A DNA stretch of 64,000 nt. Source: Rhabdothermincola salaria (GTDB lineage: Bacteria > Actinomycetota > Acidimicrobiia > Acidimicrobiales > Acidimicrobilacustridaceae). Positions 1 to 9,906 of the stretch are shown in pieces. The DNA lies in contig NZ_JAJQXW010000001.1 of the NCBI RefSeq assembly GCF_021246445.1, positions 1,444,168 through 1,508,167 of the forward strand, given 5' to 3'. Position 1 is the first letter of the stretch; each line of letters opens with the position of its first letter. Position numbers and translations under genes: made by a program. The notes beneath the pieces were generated by a model. It was not told the DNA's origin. It did not search any database and saw only the letters and a list, made by a program, of their open reading frames with translations.

Positions 1-143
1 GCGTGGGCGGCATCCTCGCTGTCATCCACCGGCCCGCGCGACCAATCGGCCTCGGTACCGGTCTTGCGCGTGGCGTTGGCTTCCAGGAAGGCGCGGATCT
101 CGGCCCGCAGGGCGGCTTCCTCGGGGGATTCGTCGAAGTTCAC
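1..143 (-). CDS. Acyl-CoA dehydrogenase, N-terminal fragment (runs off the window edge)
   Basis: Manual translation from GTG at 143: MNFDESPEEAALRAEIRAFLEANATRK, a typical ACAD N-terminus; TAGAGT -10 lies 6 nt upstream. Confidence 0.7.
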   Translation of the reverse strand, partial: MNFDESPEEAALRAEIRAFLEANATRKTGTEADWSRGPVDDSEDAAH

Positions 144-227
144 GCCTCGACTCTAGAACGGGGTTCCTGTTCGGTTCGAAACGGCCGGGGGGACCACGAG
201 GCGTCGGGCTCGTAGGGTGAGCGCACG

Positions 228-956
228 ATGTCGCGTCCCTGCCCCGCCCCTTCCCGACACCGCCGATCACCCTGGCCGACGGCGGTCGTCCTGGCCGCCA
301 CGCTGGCCCTCGGGGCTGGTGCCTGCACCCACGAGGACGCCTCCGGGCCACCCACCACGAACGCCGACGAGGTGGCCACGGCCGTCGACGACCCGCTCGG
401 CTACGCCGCCTACGCGGACCCGGCCGCGCCCGTCGAGGCGCAGATCGGGGAACGCTTCGCCCTGATCCTCGACGCCGAACCCACCGAGGGCTACCGGTGG
501 GAGGTGGTGAGCGAGGTCGACCGGGCAGTCGTGCTGCCCCTGGGCTCGCAGTTCGTGCTGCGCGACACGGTGACGAACCTGCCCACCACCACCGTGGCGC
601 CACCTGCGCCCCCGCCTCCCCCGCCGGAGGAGGGCACCACGGACCCCGCCGAGCAGGAGGCCGACGGGGCCCCCGAGGGCGTCGTCCCCGAGGACCCCGA
701 GACGACGGCGCCGCCCACCACCGAGGCGGCACCGACGACGACCACCGTGCCCACCCGGTCGCTCCAGGTGCTCTCCTACGTCGCCCGGGCACCAGGGACC
801 ACGACCGTCGAGCTGCGCTACGTGCGGGTCGGCCAGCCCGACGCCGAGGCCCCCACCGTCGTGTTCACCATCCAGGTGCCCGTGCCTCCGCCGCTCTTCC
901 CGGTTCCGGACGCCGAGGCAGGCGAGGAGGAGGAGCAGCCCGTCGAGGCCGGCTGA
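228..956 (+). CDS. Lipoprotein with chagasin/I42 protease-inhibitor-like domain split by a Pro/Thr/Glu-rich insert
   Basis: Signal peptide ending LGAGAC; GERFALILDAEPTEGYRW resembles the I42 NPTTGYxW motif; C-terminal beta strands ARAPGTTTVELRY. Confidence 0.6.
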   Translation: MSRPCPAPSRHRRSPWPTAVVLAATLALGAGACTHEDASGPPTTNADEVATAVDDPLGYAAYADPAAPVEAQIGERFALILDAEPTEGYRWEVVSEVDRAVVLPLGSQFVLRDTVTNLPTTTVAPPAPPPPPPEEGTTDPAEQEADGAPEGVVPEDPETTAPPTTEAAPTTTTVPTRSLQVLSYVARAPGTTTVELRYVRVGQPDAEAPTVVFTIQVPVPPPLFPVPDAEAGEEEEQPVEAG

Positions 957-972
957 CCACGCCGTGCACCTG

Positions 973-1407
973 TCAGGCGGCGTCCCGCTCGTCTCGGAGC
1001 CGGGCGATGTCCTCCTCGAGGAGGTAGCCCGGGGCCACGTCGTCGTAGAAGTCGGCCGGTCGCATCACCAGGTCGATCGCCGTCCAGATGGTGCGGGAGA
1101 ACGGGAAGAACGCCAACGGAACCACCACTGCGGCCGAGGCGTCGATCACCCCCAGCACGAGCATGGGCGGGTCCGGATAGGTGATGGCCACCCCGATGAT
1201 GAGGATGCCCAGCACGACCACCTGGGCCAGGCACACGTTGAGGAACCACGAACCCAACCAGTGGCCGGGGATGCGGGCGAAGCGCAGACCGCACTGAGGG
1301 CACGTCGGGGCCATCCGGACCCAGTGGCGGAAGAGGTGGCCCTGGCCGCACACCGCACACCGACGCGTGAACCCCCGCCGCAGCACGGTGGACGGCGGGG
1401 TGGCCAT
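973..1407 (-). CDS. DUF983-family membrane protein
   Basis: CAVCGQGHLF...CPQCGLRF zinc ribbon, two TM segments, PFSRTIW motif; CACAAT -10 lies 6 nt before ATG 1407. Confidence 0.75.
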   Translation of the reverse strand: MATPPSTVLRRGFTRRCAVCGQGHLFRHWVRMAPTCPQCGLRFARIPGHWLGSWFLNVCLAQVVVLGILIIGVAITYPDPPMLVLGVIDASAAVVVPLAFFPFSRTIWTAIDLVMRPADFYDDVAPGYLLEEDIARLRDERDAA

Positions 1408-1566
1408 GAACCCATTGTGCCCCCGTGGGTGCCTCGCGCGGCGGGCCGGGAGCCGAGCATCTCGGGCGGTCCCCGGGGCGGTCCCCGAAAAGGCCCCACG
1501 GCGGCGGCTCATCGACCGGTGCGGCACCCCGGACGATCCCGCCGTGCACCGCTAGCCTCGCCGCCG

Positions 1567-2754
1567 ATGGCCTCGAGCGCGCACGCCCCGACCACCACCC
1601 CCGGGCCGGCCGACGGCCCCGTCGGCGACGTCGACGCCCTGGCCGGCCGCTTCCGCCTGCTCGCCGACCAGGACTTCACCGGCTACTGCCCCGTCTACGA
1701 CCGCGTCGCCCGGGCGATCGCCGACGACCCGGCCTCGCTGCGACGGTTGCTCGGACCGGCCCCCGTGAACCGCACCCCCGTCCTCGCGCTGGCGGCCATC
1801 CACCACCTGGTCCTCGCCGAACCCATGTCGCCCCTCGCCGCCATCTACCGGGGCGCCGACGACGCCGACCCCTGGCCGCTCGTGCGGGACCTGCTGCACG
1901 AGCGGTCCGACGAGGTCCGCCACCTCATGGCCACCCGTTCGATCCAGACCAACGAGGTCGGTCGGTCGGCGGCGCTCGTGCCGGCCCTGGGCGAGGTCGT
2001 ACGCCGTCTCCGTGACCACGGCGACAACCGTCCCCTGGCACTCGTGGAAATCGGTCCGTCCGCCGGGCTGAACCTGCTGCTCGACCGTTTCTGCATCACC
2101 TACGACGACCCCGACGGCGCGGCCTCGACCACCATCGGCCCGCCCGACTCACCCGTGCGCCTGCGCTGCGAGCTGCGCGGCGGCCTCCGCCCCCCGCTCT
2201 CCGCCCTCGAGCTCCCCATCTCGACGCGCCGGGGCCTCGACCTGGCCCCGATCGCCGTGGCCGACGACGACCAACGACGATGGCTCACCGCCTGCGTGTG
2301 GCCGGGCATCCCGGACCGCCCCGAACGGCTGGCCGCCGCCATCGAGATCGCGCTCGAGGATCCGCCGACGTTGCTCACCGGCGACGCCACCCGGGACCTC
2401 GGCCCGCTGCTCGACGCGCTCGGCGACGACGTCGTGCCCATCGTGGTCGCCACCTGGGCGCTGGCCTATCTGGCCGGCGACGACCGGGCCGGCGTGCTCC
2501 GGACCATCGACGCCGTGGGCGAGCGACGCACCATCGCCCTGCTCACCGCCGAGGTCGCCCACGTCACGCCCTGGGTCCCCCCCACCGACCCCGCGGCGGT
2601 CGCATCCACGACCGGCCCCGACGACGACGCCGACGGCACCCTCACCGTCGTGGGCCTGCACCTCGTCCTCGACGGCGCCCCCGACGACCAGGCCCTGGCC
2701 ATCATGCACCCCCATGGGCGATGGCTGGGCTGGCTGACCAGGAGCGAACGATGA
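1567..2754 (+). CDS. DUF2332-family protein
   Basis: QTNEVGRSAAL, EIGPSAGLNLLLDR, GLDLAP and HPHGRW motifs; TAGCCT -10 upstream. Confidence 0.8.
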   Translation: MASSAHAPTTTPGPADGPVGDVDALAGRFRLLADQDFTGYCPVYDRVARAIADDPASLRRLLGPAPVNRTPVLALAAIHHLVLAEPMSPLAAIYRGADDADPWPLVRDLLHERSDEVRHLMATRSIQTNEVGRSAALVPALGEVVRRLRDHGDNRPLALVEIGPSAGLNLLLDRFCITYDDPDGAASTTIGPPDSPVRLRCELRGGLRPPLSALELPISTRRGLDLAPIAVADDDQRRWLTACVWPGIPDRPERLAAAIEIALEDPPTLLTGDATRDLGPLLDALGDDVVPIVVATWALAYLAGDDRAGVLRTIDAVGERRTIALLTAEVAHVTPWVPPTDPAAVASTTGPDDDADGTLTVVGLHLVLDGAPDDQALAIMHPHGRWLGWLTRSER

Positions 2755-3269
2755 GCGAATGGGTCCTGCGGCGCACCGCCGCCCGCGTGGTGCTGCTCGA
2801 CGCCGACGCCCACGTGCTGTTGCTCGAGGCCCGCGATCCGGCCGATGCGGCCAAGGGCCACTGGTGGGAGATCCCCGGTGGGGGCATCGACCCCGGCGAG
2901 GACACCGCGACCGCGGCTCGGCGCGAGCTGCTCGAGGAGACCGGCATCACCGATGCCGAGATCGGTCCGTGCGTGTGGACCCAGCACGCCCGCTTCACCT
3001 TCGCCGAATGGAAGTTCGACCAGCACGAGCACGTGCACGTCGCCTGGTGCGACCGCATCGACCTGGCCTCGGTGCAACCGGCAGGCCTCGAAGCCTTCGA
3101 GGCCATGGCCTTCGGAGGCCGCCGCTGGTGGTCCATCGACGCCTTGATGGGCAGCACCGACAACGTCTTGCCGGTGCGCCTGCGCGAGTTCCTGCCCGAC
3201 CTGGTGGCCGGGCGGGTTCCCGACGCCCCCATCGACATCACCCACACCGGTCCGGGTCCCTTCGCCTGA
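2751..3269 (+). CDS. NUDIX hydrolase
   Basis: Nudix box GGGIDPGEDTATAARRELLEETGI; ATGA overlap with the upstream gene. Confidence 0.9.
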   Translation: MSEWVLRRTAARVVLLDADAHVLLLEARDPADAAKGHWWEIPGGGIDPGEDTATAARRELLEETGITDAEIGPCVWTQHARFTFAEWKFDQHEHVHVAWCDRIDLASVQPAGLEAFEAMAFGGRRWWSIDALMGSTDNVLPVRLREFLPDLVAGRVPDAPIDITHTGPGPFA

Positions 3270-3340
3270 CCCGTCCCGCCGATCCGCACCTGCCAGGAGG
3301 GGACCTTCGTCGGTTGTCGTCGGCGGTGGCCGCCGACACC

Positions 3341-3832
3341 ATGGACGAGGTGACGAGCCCCACCGTTCCCTACCGACCGACGGCCAAGGGCGCCATCGTG
3401 CCCACCGAGCGCCGCGGCCGCACGTTCCTGCGAGGGTGGCTGAAGCACTGCGGCGTCTGTGGCCAGGGCCGCCTCTTCCGCCGCTGGTTCTGGATGACCC
3501 CGCGGTGCCCCCGGTGCGGGCTGCGCTTCGAGCGGGTGGAGGGCCAGATCACCGGCGATATCGGCGTCAACACGATCGTCAGCTTCGGGGTCCTGCTCAT
3601 CGTGCTGCTGGGGGGCTTCCTGGTGACCTGGCCCGACCCCCCGATCGGTGTGCTCATCGGGGCGTCGGCGGCCACCGCGGTGCTCATGCCGCTGCTCTTC
3701 CTGCCGTTCTCCAAGACGGTCTGGTTGGCCGCCGACCTCATGATGCGACCCCTCGAGCCGGGCGAGGTCGACGAGGGCTACGGACCCCAGCGCGGAGATT
3801 CCACTCCACCCGAGGCGTCGACCGGCCGATAA
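3341..3832 (+). CDS. DUF983-family membrane protein (second paralog)
   Basis: CGVCGQGRLF...CPRCGLRF, two TM segments, PFSKTVW; clearly similar to 973..1407. Confidence 0.75.
   Translation: MDEVTSPTVPYRPTAKGAIVPTERRGRTFLRGWLKHCGVCGQGRLFRRWFWMTPRCPRCGLRFERVEGQITGDIGVNTIVSFGVLLIVLLGGFLVTWPDPPIGVLIGASAATAVLMPLLFLPFSKTVWLAADLMMRPLEPGEVDEGYGPQRGDSTPPEASTGR
3805..3832 (+). promoter_or_regulatory. Candidate sigma28 (FliA/WhiG-type) promoter
   Basis: TCCA-N16-GCCGATAA; perfect sigma28 -10 box 13 nt before GTG 3846, weak -35. Confidence 0.35.
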
Positions 3833-3845
3833 AGCACAAGGACCG

Positions 3846-4961
3846 GTGACGGTCGAGGGCTCAGGAGGTCGTGGCACCGTGGCGAGGATCGTGAAGTTCG
3901 CAGGGGGGATCGTCCTCGTGGCCGCAGTGGCGGCGGGGGCCGTGTACGTGGCTCGCGAGGTCGACGCGCTGGCCGGCGCCCTGGTCGTGCTGGGGGCGCT
4001 CATCGCCGTGAGCCTGGTCCTGCGCCTGCGGGCCGCCCGCGACGAGAAGTCGGGGATGGCGGACTGGGAGGACGTCCTCGAGTCCAACGCCCCCGACGAC
4101 GCCTTCTTCAGCGAGTGGACGATGTCCGACGACGAGCGCTCCACCCACGCGGCGGACGGAGAGTTGGTCATCGAAGCGCACACCGCCGCGGGCCTCGAGT
4201 CCCTCGGGTCGCTCGAAGAGCTCCTCGCCGGCTCCGACGCCACCGCCCCTGCGCCCGTCACCGACGACGAGACCGACGGACCCACCCCCGAGACGTCGCC
4301 CTCCCCCGCCCCGGCCACCAGCGGTACCGACGACGAGACGTCGGCATCCGCGTCGGACGACGAGGTCTTCCCCTTCGACGACCCCTCCGACACGTGGGGC
4401 GACCTGCCGCCGCTGCCGGGCCTCGACACGCCCGCACCGCCCGCAGCCGGCGAGCCGGCACCTGTCAGCGCCGACCACGAGGACACCATCGGCGACGGCT
4501 CCGAGAGCCCCGAGCCCGCCGGGAGCGACGAGACCCCCCTGGCGCCGGCCGCCGAGGACGCCGACCCCGTCACCGCGTGGGACCCCACCGCCGAGCCTGG
4601 TCGCGGCTTCGATCCCTTGCCGACGCCGACCGCACCCGCCGAGGCCGCCGAGCCGGTCGGTCCCTCCGGAACCGGTGCCCCGCCCGATCCGGGGGTCCCC
4701 GTGACGGCCGAGGCCGACGCCTACAGTCTGGCCGGGGTGGGGCAGCCGTCCGGGAACGGCACCTCCTCCCGACGTTCGATCATCGACTGGAGTGGTCCGG
4801 TGCACGCCATCGACGAACAGGTCCGCACGAGCGACGACATCCTCGCCGCCAGCGCGGCCACGGCGCTGCCCACCAGCGAGGACCGCCCGGCCCCCTCCGG
4901 CGGCTCCGAGCTGACTCGCCTGCTCTCCAAGGTCGAGGCTCGCCTCCGCGACTACGAGTAG
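3846..4961 (+). CDS. Hypothetical membrane-anchored protein with long acidic, Pro-rich region
   Basis: Two N-terminal hydrophobic helices, D/E/P-rich middle, C-terminal helix LTRLLSKVEARLRDYE; genome-typical codon usage. Confidence 0.7.
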   Translation: MTVEGSGGRGTVARIVKFAGGIVLVAAVAAGAVYVAREVDALAGALVVLGALIAVSLVLRLRAARDEKSGMADWEDVLESNAPDDAFFSEWTMSDDERSTHAADGELVIEAHTAAGLESLGSLEELLAGSDATAPAPVTDDETDGPTPETSPSPAPATSGTDDETSASASDDEVFPFDDPSDTWGDLPPLPGLDTPAPPAAGEPAPVSADHEDTIGDGSESPEPAGSDETPLAPAAEDADPVTAWDPTAEPGRGFDPLPTPTAPAEAAEPVGPSGTGAPPDPGVPVTAEADAYSLAGVGQPSGNGTSSRRSIIDWSGPVHAIDEQVRTSDDILAASAATALPTSEDRPAPSGGSELTRLLSKVEARLRDYE

Positions 4962-4992
4962 CCACCGGGGCGAGGGCTACCCTCGGCCGCCG

Positions 4993-6288
4993 ATGCCCCC
5001 CGAGCCTCCCTCCGGACCTCACGCGTCCCACACCCCCGAGACGGACGTCGACGTGCTCGTCGTGGGCGCCGGTCCGGCCGGTGCCGCCACCGCCATCTGC
5101 CTGGCGCAGGCCGGACGCCGGGTGCTGGTCGTGGATCGGGCCCGCTTCCCCCGCGACAAGATCTGCGGTGACGGGCTCACCACCTCGGCCCTGCGAGAGC
5201 TCGAATCGTTGGGGCTCGACCCGGCGGCGGTGGCGTCGTGGACCGACGTCGGTTCCGTGGCCATGCGCTCGCCGCGCGGGCACCACGTCACGTTCCCGCT
5301 GCCTCGCGGGTCCGGCCGCTACGGCGCCGTGGCCCGCCGGCGTGACCTCGACGCCGCCCTCGTGGACCTCGCCCGGGCGAGTGGCGCGACTGTCGCCGAG
5401 GGCCACCCGCTGCGCGGGGCGCGCCTCGACGACGCCACCGGCGACCTCGTCGCCGACGTCGACGGGATCGGCGCGGTCCGCGCCCGCCACGGCGTCGGGG
5501 CCGACGGGATGTGGTCGCCCCTGCGCAAGGCCCTGGGGGTGAACCCGCCCGCCTACCGGGGCGAGTGGCACGCGCTGCGCCAGTACCTGACCGGGGTGAG
5601 CGACGAGGCCGCCTCCACCCTCACGGTGTGGTTCGAGCCCGACCTCCTGCCCGGCTACGCCTGGTCCTTCCCGCTCGGGGAGGGGCGGGCCAACGTCGGT
5701 TTCGGCATCCAGAGGGGCGGCTCCTACGACGTGGGCGACATGGGCGCGCTCTGGCGCGAGCTTCTCGCCCGCCCTCACATCCGCTCCTTCCTGGGTCCGG
5801 CGGCCGAGCCCGAAGGGGCCCACCGGGCCTGGCCCATCCCCGCCCGGGTGCAGCACATGACCCTCGCCCACGGTCCGGTGCTCTTCGTCGGCGACGCCGC
5901 CGCCGCCACCGACCCCATGACCGGCGAAGGGATCGGCCAGGCGCTGCTCACCGGGCGGTGGGCCGCCGAGGCCATCCTGTCCGTCCCCGCCTCGCCGGCC
6001 ACCGAGGGGCGCCGGCAGGCCGGCGAGAGCTACCGGCGACGCGTCCACCACGAGCTGGCCGTCGACCACCGCCTCGCCGATCGGCTCATCGCGGTGCTCC
6101 GCCACCGCAGTGGCGTCCGGGCCACGCTGCGGGCGGCGGGGTCCACGAGCTGGACCCGCCGCAACTTCGCCCGATGGCTCTACGAGGACTACCCCCGGGC
6201 CCTGCTGCTCACCCCGTCGCGCTGGCACCGTGGGATGTTCACCGGTCCCGGCGCCTACCGGTCGGGCTCCGTCGACGGAACCGCTTGA
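4993..6288 (+). CDS. Geranylgeranyl-reductase-family FAD oxidoreductase (MenJ-like)
   Basis: GAGPAG, FPRDKICGDGL, GYAWSFP, ANVGFG, GDAAAATDPMTGEGI. Confidence 0.85.
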   Translation: MPPEPPSGPHASHTPETDVDVLVVGAGPAGAATAICLAQAGRRVLVVDRARFPRDKICGDGLTTSALRELESLGLDPAAVASWTDVGSVAMRSPRGHHVTFPLPRGSGRYGAVARRRDLDAALVDLARASGATVAEGHPLRGARLDDATGDLVADVDGIGAVRARHGVGADGMWSPLRKALGVNPPAYRGEWHALRQYLTGVSDEAASTLTVWFEPDLLPGYAWSFPLGEGRANVGFGIQRGGSYDVGDMGALWRELLARPHIRSFLGPAAEPEGAHRAWPIPARVQHMTLAHGPVLFVGDAAAATDPMTGEGIGQALLTGRWAAEAILSVPASPATEGRRQAGESYRRRVHHELAVDHRLADRLIAVLRHRSGVRATLRAAGSTSWTRRNFARWLYEDYPRALLLTPSRWHRGMFTGPGAYRSGSVDGTA

Positions 6289-6319
6289 CCAGACGGTCAA
6301 GAGCGTGTGGGCTCGCACC

Positions 6320-7282
6320 ATGCGCACCCCACTGACCGACATCCTCGAGATCGAGCACCCCGTGATGCTCGCCGGCATGGGCGGCGTGAGCTACCACGAG
6401 CTGGTGGCGGCGGTCAGCGAGGCCGGCGGCTTCGGCTGTCTGGGCGCCTCCACCATGAGCACGGAGCGCATGGTCACCGAGATGGAGCAGGTGCGGGCCC
6501 TGACCTCCAGGCCCTACGGCGTCGACCTGCTCACCGCCGCCCCCGGCGACATGGCGGCCCAGGTGCAGGCGATCATCGACCACGGCGGGCGGGTGTTCGT
6601 CGCCGGTCTCGGCGTGCCGCGCGACGTGGTGGACCTCTGCCACGACAACAACGTGCTCATCGCCTCCATGTGCGGCAAGGTGCGCCACGCGGTGGCCGCG
6701 GTGGAGGCGGGCTGCGACCTCGTCATCGCCCAGGGAACCGAGGCCGGTGGCCACACGGGCGCGGTCGCCACCCTGGCCCTGGTGCCCCAGGTCGTCGACG
6801 CAGTCGACGGTCGCGTGCCCGTGGTCGCCGCCGGCGGGATCGTCGACGGCCGGGGCCTGGCGGCCGCGCTCACCCTCGGCGCCGACGGGATCTGGGTGGG
6901 CACCCGCTTCATCGCCACGCCCGAGGCCTGGGGCACCGCCGGCTACAAGGAACGGCTCCTCGCCATGCACGAGGACGACACGGTGATCACCAGGGCCTTC
7001 ACCGGCAAGACCTGCCGGGTGAACGCCAACGCCTACACCCGGGCGTTCGACCAGGGCGACCGCGCCGTCAAGCCCTTCCCCGCCCAGTTCGTGCAGTCCA
7101 TGGAGGACGGCGCCAACCACCTCGGGAGCGGCCCCGACGTCGTGGTGGACCCCGACAAGGAGTTCTGGCCCGCCGGCCAGGGCGTGGGCGCCATCGACGA
7201 GCTCGTCCCCGCCGGCGACCTGGTGCGCTCGTTCGTCGTCGAGGCCGAGGCCATCATCGAGCGGGTCAGCGCCCTGCGCTGA
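6320..7282 (+). CDS. Nitronate monooxygenase / FabK-like flavoprotein
   Basis: AQGTEAGGH, VAAGGIVDGRG, GTRFIAT. Confidence 0.9.
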   Translation: MRTPLTDILEIEHPVMLAGMGGVSYHELVAAVSEAGGFGCLGASTMSTERMVTEMEQVRALTSRPYGVDLLTAAPGDMAAQVQAIIDHGGRVFVAGLGVPRDVVDLCHDNNVLIASMCGKVRHAVAAVEAGCDLVIAQGTEAGGHTGAVATLALVPQVVDAVDGRVPVVAAGGIVDGRGLAAALTLGADGIWVGTRFIATPEAWGTAGYKERLLAMHEDDTVITRAFTGKTCRVNANAYTRAFDQGDRAVKPFPAQFVQSMEDGANHLGSGPDVVVDPDKEFWPAGQGVGAIDELVPAGDLVRSFVVEAEAIIERVSALR

Positions 7283-7297
7283 CCCGTCGACGGCGGA

Positions 7298-8329
7298 TCA
7301 GGCCGTCCACTCCTTGACCTTCTCGATGATCTCGAGGGGTCGGTCGCCCACCGGGATGATGTTGAGCACTGTGACCCCCGCGTCGCGGAAAGCCGCCAGG
7401 CGTTCCTTCACGAAGCTCTCCGGGCCGCACAGGTTGGTGAGACGCAGGAACTCGTCGGGCACCTTGGCCGCCGCCTCGTCCTTCTTGCCGTCGAGGTAGA
7501 GGTCCTGGATCTCGGCCGCTTCGGCCTCGTAGCCGTAGCGGCACATGAGGTCGTTGTAGAAGTTGCGACCCTTGGCGCCCATGCCACCCACGTACAGGGC
7601 GACCATGGGGCGGGTCATCTCGGCCACCGGGCCGGCGTCCTCGCCGATGGCGACCACCCCACCAGCGGCGATCTCGAGCGGGGCCAGGCCCTCCTCGCGG
7701 ACGGCCTTCCCGGCCGCCAGGTCGTCGCCCCACACGTCGTTCACCCGCTCGGGCACGAAGAAGATGGGCAGCCAACCGTCGGCCTTCTCGGCGGTCATCT
7801 GCACGTTCTTGGGACCGAGCGAGGCGATCCAGATCGGGATGCGCTCACGCACCGGCTTGGCGATGATCTTGAGCGGCTTGCCGAGACCGGTGCCCTGGTC
7901 GGCGGGCAGGGGCAGCGTGTAGTGCTTGCCCTCGTAGGTGACCCGCTCGCGCCGCCACACCGCCCGGCAGATGTCGATCATCTCGCGGGTGCGCCCGAGG
8001 GGGGCGTCGTAGCGCACACCGTGGAACCCCTCGATGACCTGCGGACCGGACGCGCCGAGGCCGAGCAGGAACCGGCCATCGGAGAGGGCGTCGAGCCCGG
8101 CGGCGGTCATGGCCATGAGCGTGGGGGTGCGCGTGTAGATGGGCAGGATCCCCGCGGCGATGGTGACCGACTCGGTGGTCGCCGCCAGGTAGCCCATGAA
8201 CGAAGGCCCGTCGAAGCCGTAGGCCTCGGCCACCCAGGCCACGTCGAGCCCCGCTCGCTCGTAGTCGGCGACCCGCTGGGCCGAGGCCTTGAAGCCTCCG
8301 GCGTAGTCGATCTGCATTCCCAGCTTCAT
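7298..8329 (-). CDS. LLM-class F420-dependent oxidoreductase
   Basis: WVAEAYGFD, SDGRFLLGLGASGPQVIEGFHG. Confidence 0.9.
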   Translation of the reverse strand: MKLGMQIDYAGGFKASAQRVADYERAGLDVAWVAEAYGFDGPSFMGYLAATTESVTIAAGILPIYTRTPTLMAMTAAGLDALSDGRFLLGLGASGPQVIEGFHGVRYDAPLGRTREMIDICRAVWRRERVTYEGKHYTLPLPADQGTGLGKPLKIIAKPVRERIPIWIASLGPKNVQMTAEKADGWLPIFFVPERVNDVWGDDLAAGKAVREEGLAPLEIAAGGVVAIGEDAGPVAEMTRPMVALYVGGMGAKGRNFYNDLMCRYGYEAEAAEIQDLYLDGKKDEAAAKVPDEFLRLTNLCGPESFVKERLAAFRDAGVTVLNIIPVGDRPLEIIEKVKEWTA

Positions 8330-8388
8330 GACGTGTCCCCCCTGAGGAACGGCGACACCGGCCGTGCCGGGCGTCGGTGGGGCCTCGG

Positions 8389-8712
8389 CTAGTGACCGCC
8401 GGGGCCGTCGGCGAGGTTGGCCAGGTTCTCCTGGCGACGACGCTCCCGCTCGGCCGACCGCTCCGCCTCGAGGTTCTCGCGCGCGATGCGGTCCTGTTCC
8501 TTCGTCCAGGCCTTGCGGTCGGCCAGCTGGGCGGCATCGAGGGTGGAGATCTCCACCCCGTTCTCGAACAGGACGTGGTAGCGGATCCAGGTGACCCCGG
8601 CCACGTAGTACACCTTGCCGGGCGTGCCCGCCGGCACCCCCGGGAGATCGACGGCGGCCACGACCTTCTGGCGCTTGCGGAAGACCTTCTCGGTGCTGAT
8701 CGTCGGGGCCAT
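8389..8712 (-). CDS. Small hypothetical protein, SH3-like beta domain plus charged helix
   Basis: KVVAAVDLPGVPAGTPGKV...RYHVLFENG pattern; genome-typical codon usage; GGAG upstream. Confidence 0.65.
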   Translation of the reverse strand: MAPTISTEKVFRKRQKVVAAVDLPGVPAGTPGKVYYVAGVTWIRYHVLFENGVEISTLDAAQLADRKAWTKEQDRIARENLEAERSAERERRRQENLANLADGPGGH

Positions 8713-8900
8713 GGGTCTGGGGATCTCCGGTGCGGTGCGGTGCGTCGAGGACGTCGAGGTGACGCCCGGGAGGTTACCGGCCCGTGGCCGCGGCGACGAA
8801 GACCGCCCCGCAGCGCATTCGGGTCTCGGGGGGCGGCCTCGGTACTGTCTGGCCCGTTCGCCCCCAACGACATCGCGCCCCCCGGGCGCAGGAGGAACCC

Positions 8901-9803
8901 ATGGCTGACATCGGCTTCGACGGCAAGGTCGCCATCATCACCGGCGCCGGAGGCGGCCTCGGCCGCCAGCACGCGCTGGAGCTCGCCCGCCGCGGGGCCC
9001 GCATCGTGGTGAACGACCTCGGCGGCTCGGTCACCGGCGAGGGCGGCGACGTGGGCCCCGCCCAGAAGGTGGTGGAAGAGGTCGTCGGCCTCGGCGGCGA
9101 AGCCGTCGCCGACACCAACTCCGTCGCCACCGCCGAGGGCGGCAAGGCCGTGGTGCAGACCGCCGTCGACGCCTTCGGCACCGTCGACATCGTCGTCAAC
9201 AACGCCGGGATCCTGCGCGACAAGTCGTTCCACAACCTCACCCCCGAGCTGCTCGAGCCCGTGATCCAGGTGCACCTGCTCGGCGCGTTCTACGTCACCC
9301 AGCCGGCCTGGCTGATCATGCGCGAGAAGGGCTACGGGCGCGTCATCTCCACCTCCTCGAACTCCGGCATCCTCGGCAACTTCGGCCAGGCCAACTACGG
9401 CGCCGCCAAGATGGGCCTCGTCGGTCTCACCCGGGTGCTGGCCATCGAGGGTCGCAAGTACAACATCAAGGCCAACGCCATCGCCCCGGTCGCGGCCACC
9501 CGCATGACCGAGGACATGTTCGGCAAGGCCGGCGACCAGCTCGATCCCGCCCTCGTGAGCCCCCTGGTGGCCTACCTGGCCTCGGAGGCCTGCGACGTCA
9601 GCGGCGAGGTCTACTCGGCCGCCGGCGGGATCATCAGCCGCTTCTTCATCGGCCTGACCGACGGCTACTACAACCCGGAGCTGACCGCCGAGGACCTCGC
9701 CGAGCACCTGGGCCAGATCCGCGACGAGTCGAGCTACATCGTGCCCGAGGACTCCAGCGGCGAGATCAACAAGATCGTCAAGACCGTCCTCGGCGAGGGC
9801 TGA
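8901..9803 (+). CDS. SDR oxidoreductase (MFE-2-like 3-hydroxyacyl-CoA dehydrogenase type)
   Basis: TGAGGGLG, VVNDLGG, NNAGILRD, YGAAK; SD AGGAGG. Confidence 0.9.
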   Translation: MADIGFDGKVAIITGAGGGLGRQHALELARRGARIVVNDLGGSVTGEGGDVGPAQKVVEEVVGLGGEAVADTNSVATAEGGKAVVQTAVDAFGTVDIVVNNAGILRDKSFHNLTPELLEPVIQVHLLGAFYVTQPAWLIMREKGYGRVISTSSNSGILGNFGQANYGAAKMGLVGLTRVLAIEGRKYNIKANAIAPVAATRMTEDMFGKAGDQLDPALVSPLVAYLASEACDVSGEVYSAAGGIISRFFIGLTDGYYNPELTAEDLAEHLGQIRDESSYIVPEDSSGEINKIVKTVLGEG

Positions 9804-9861
9804 CCCCGAGGGCGAGCAGGCGTCGGGCCCGGAGCCGGCCCCGACCGAGACCGCGCGTACA

Positions 9862-9885
9862 GGGCCCCGGCGGGTGCCGGGGCCC
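9862..9885. terminator. GC-rich hairpin between convergent genes
   Basis: GGGCCCCGGC-GGGT-GCCGGGGCCC, 10-bp perfect stem. Confidence 0.55.
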
Positions 9886-9906
9886 GCTCGCGTGCGGTCC
9901 GAGGCG

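Noticed and set aside
154..167. TAGAACGGGGTTCC as a KstR or LexA operator
   Set aside because: The GAAC-GTTC spacer is 3 nt; KstR needs 2 and LexA needs 4.
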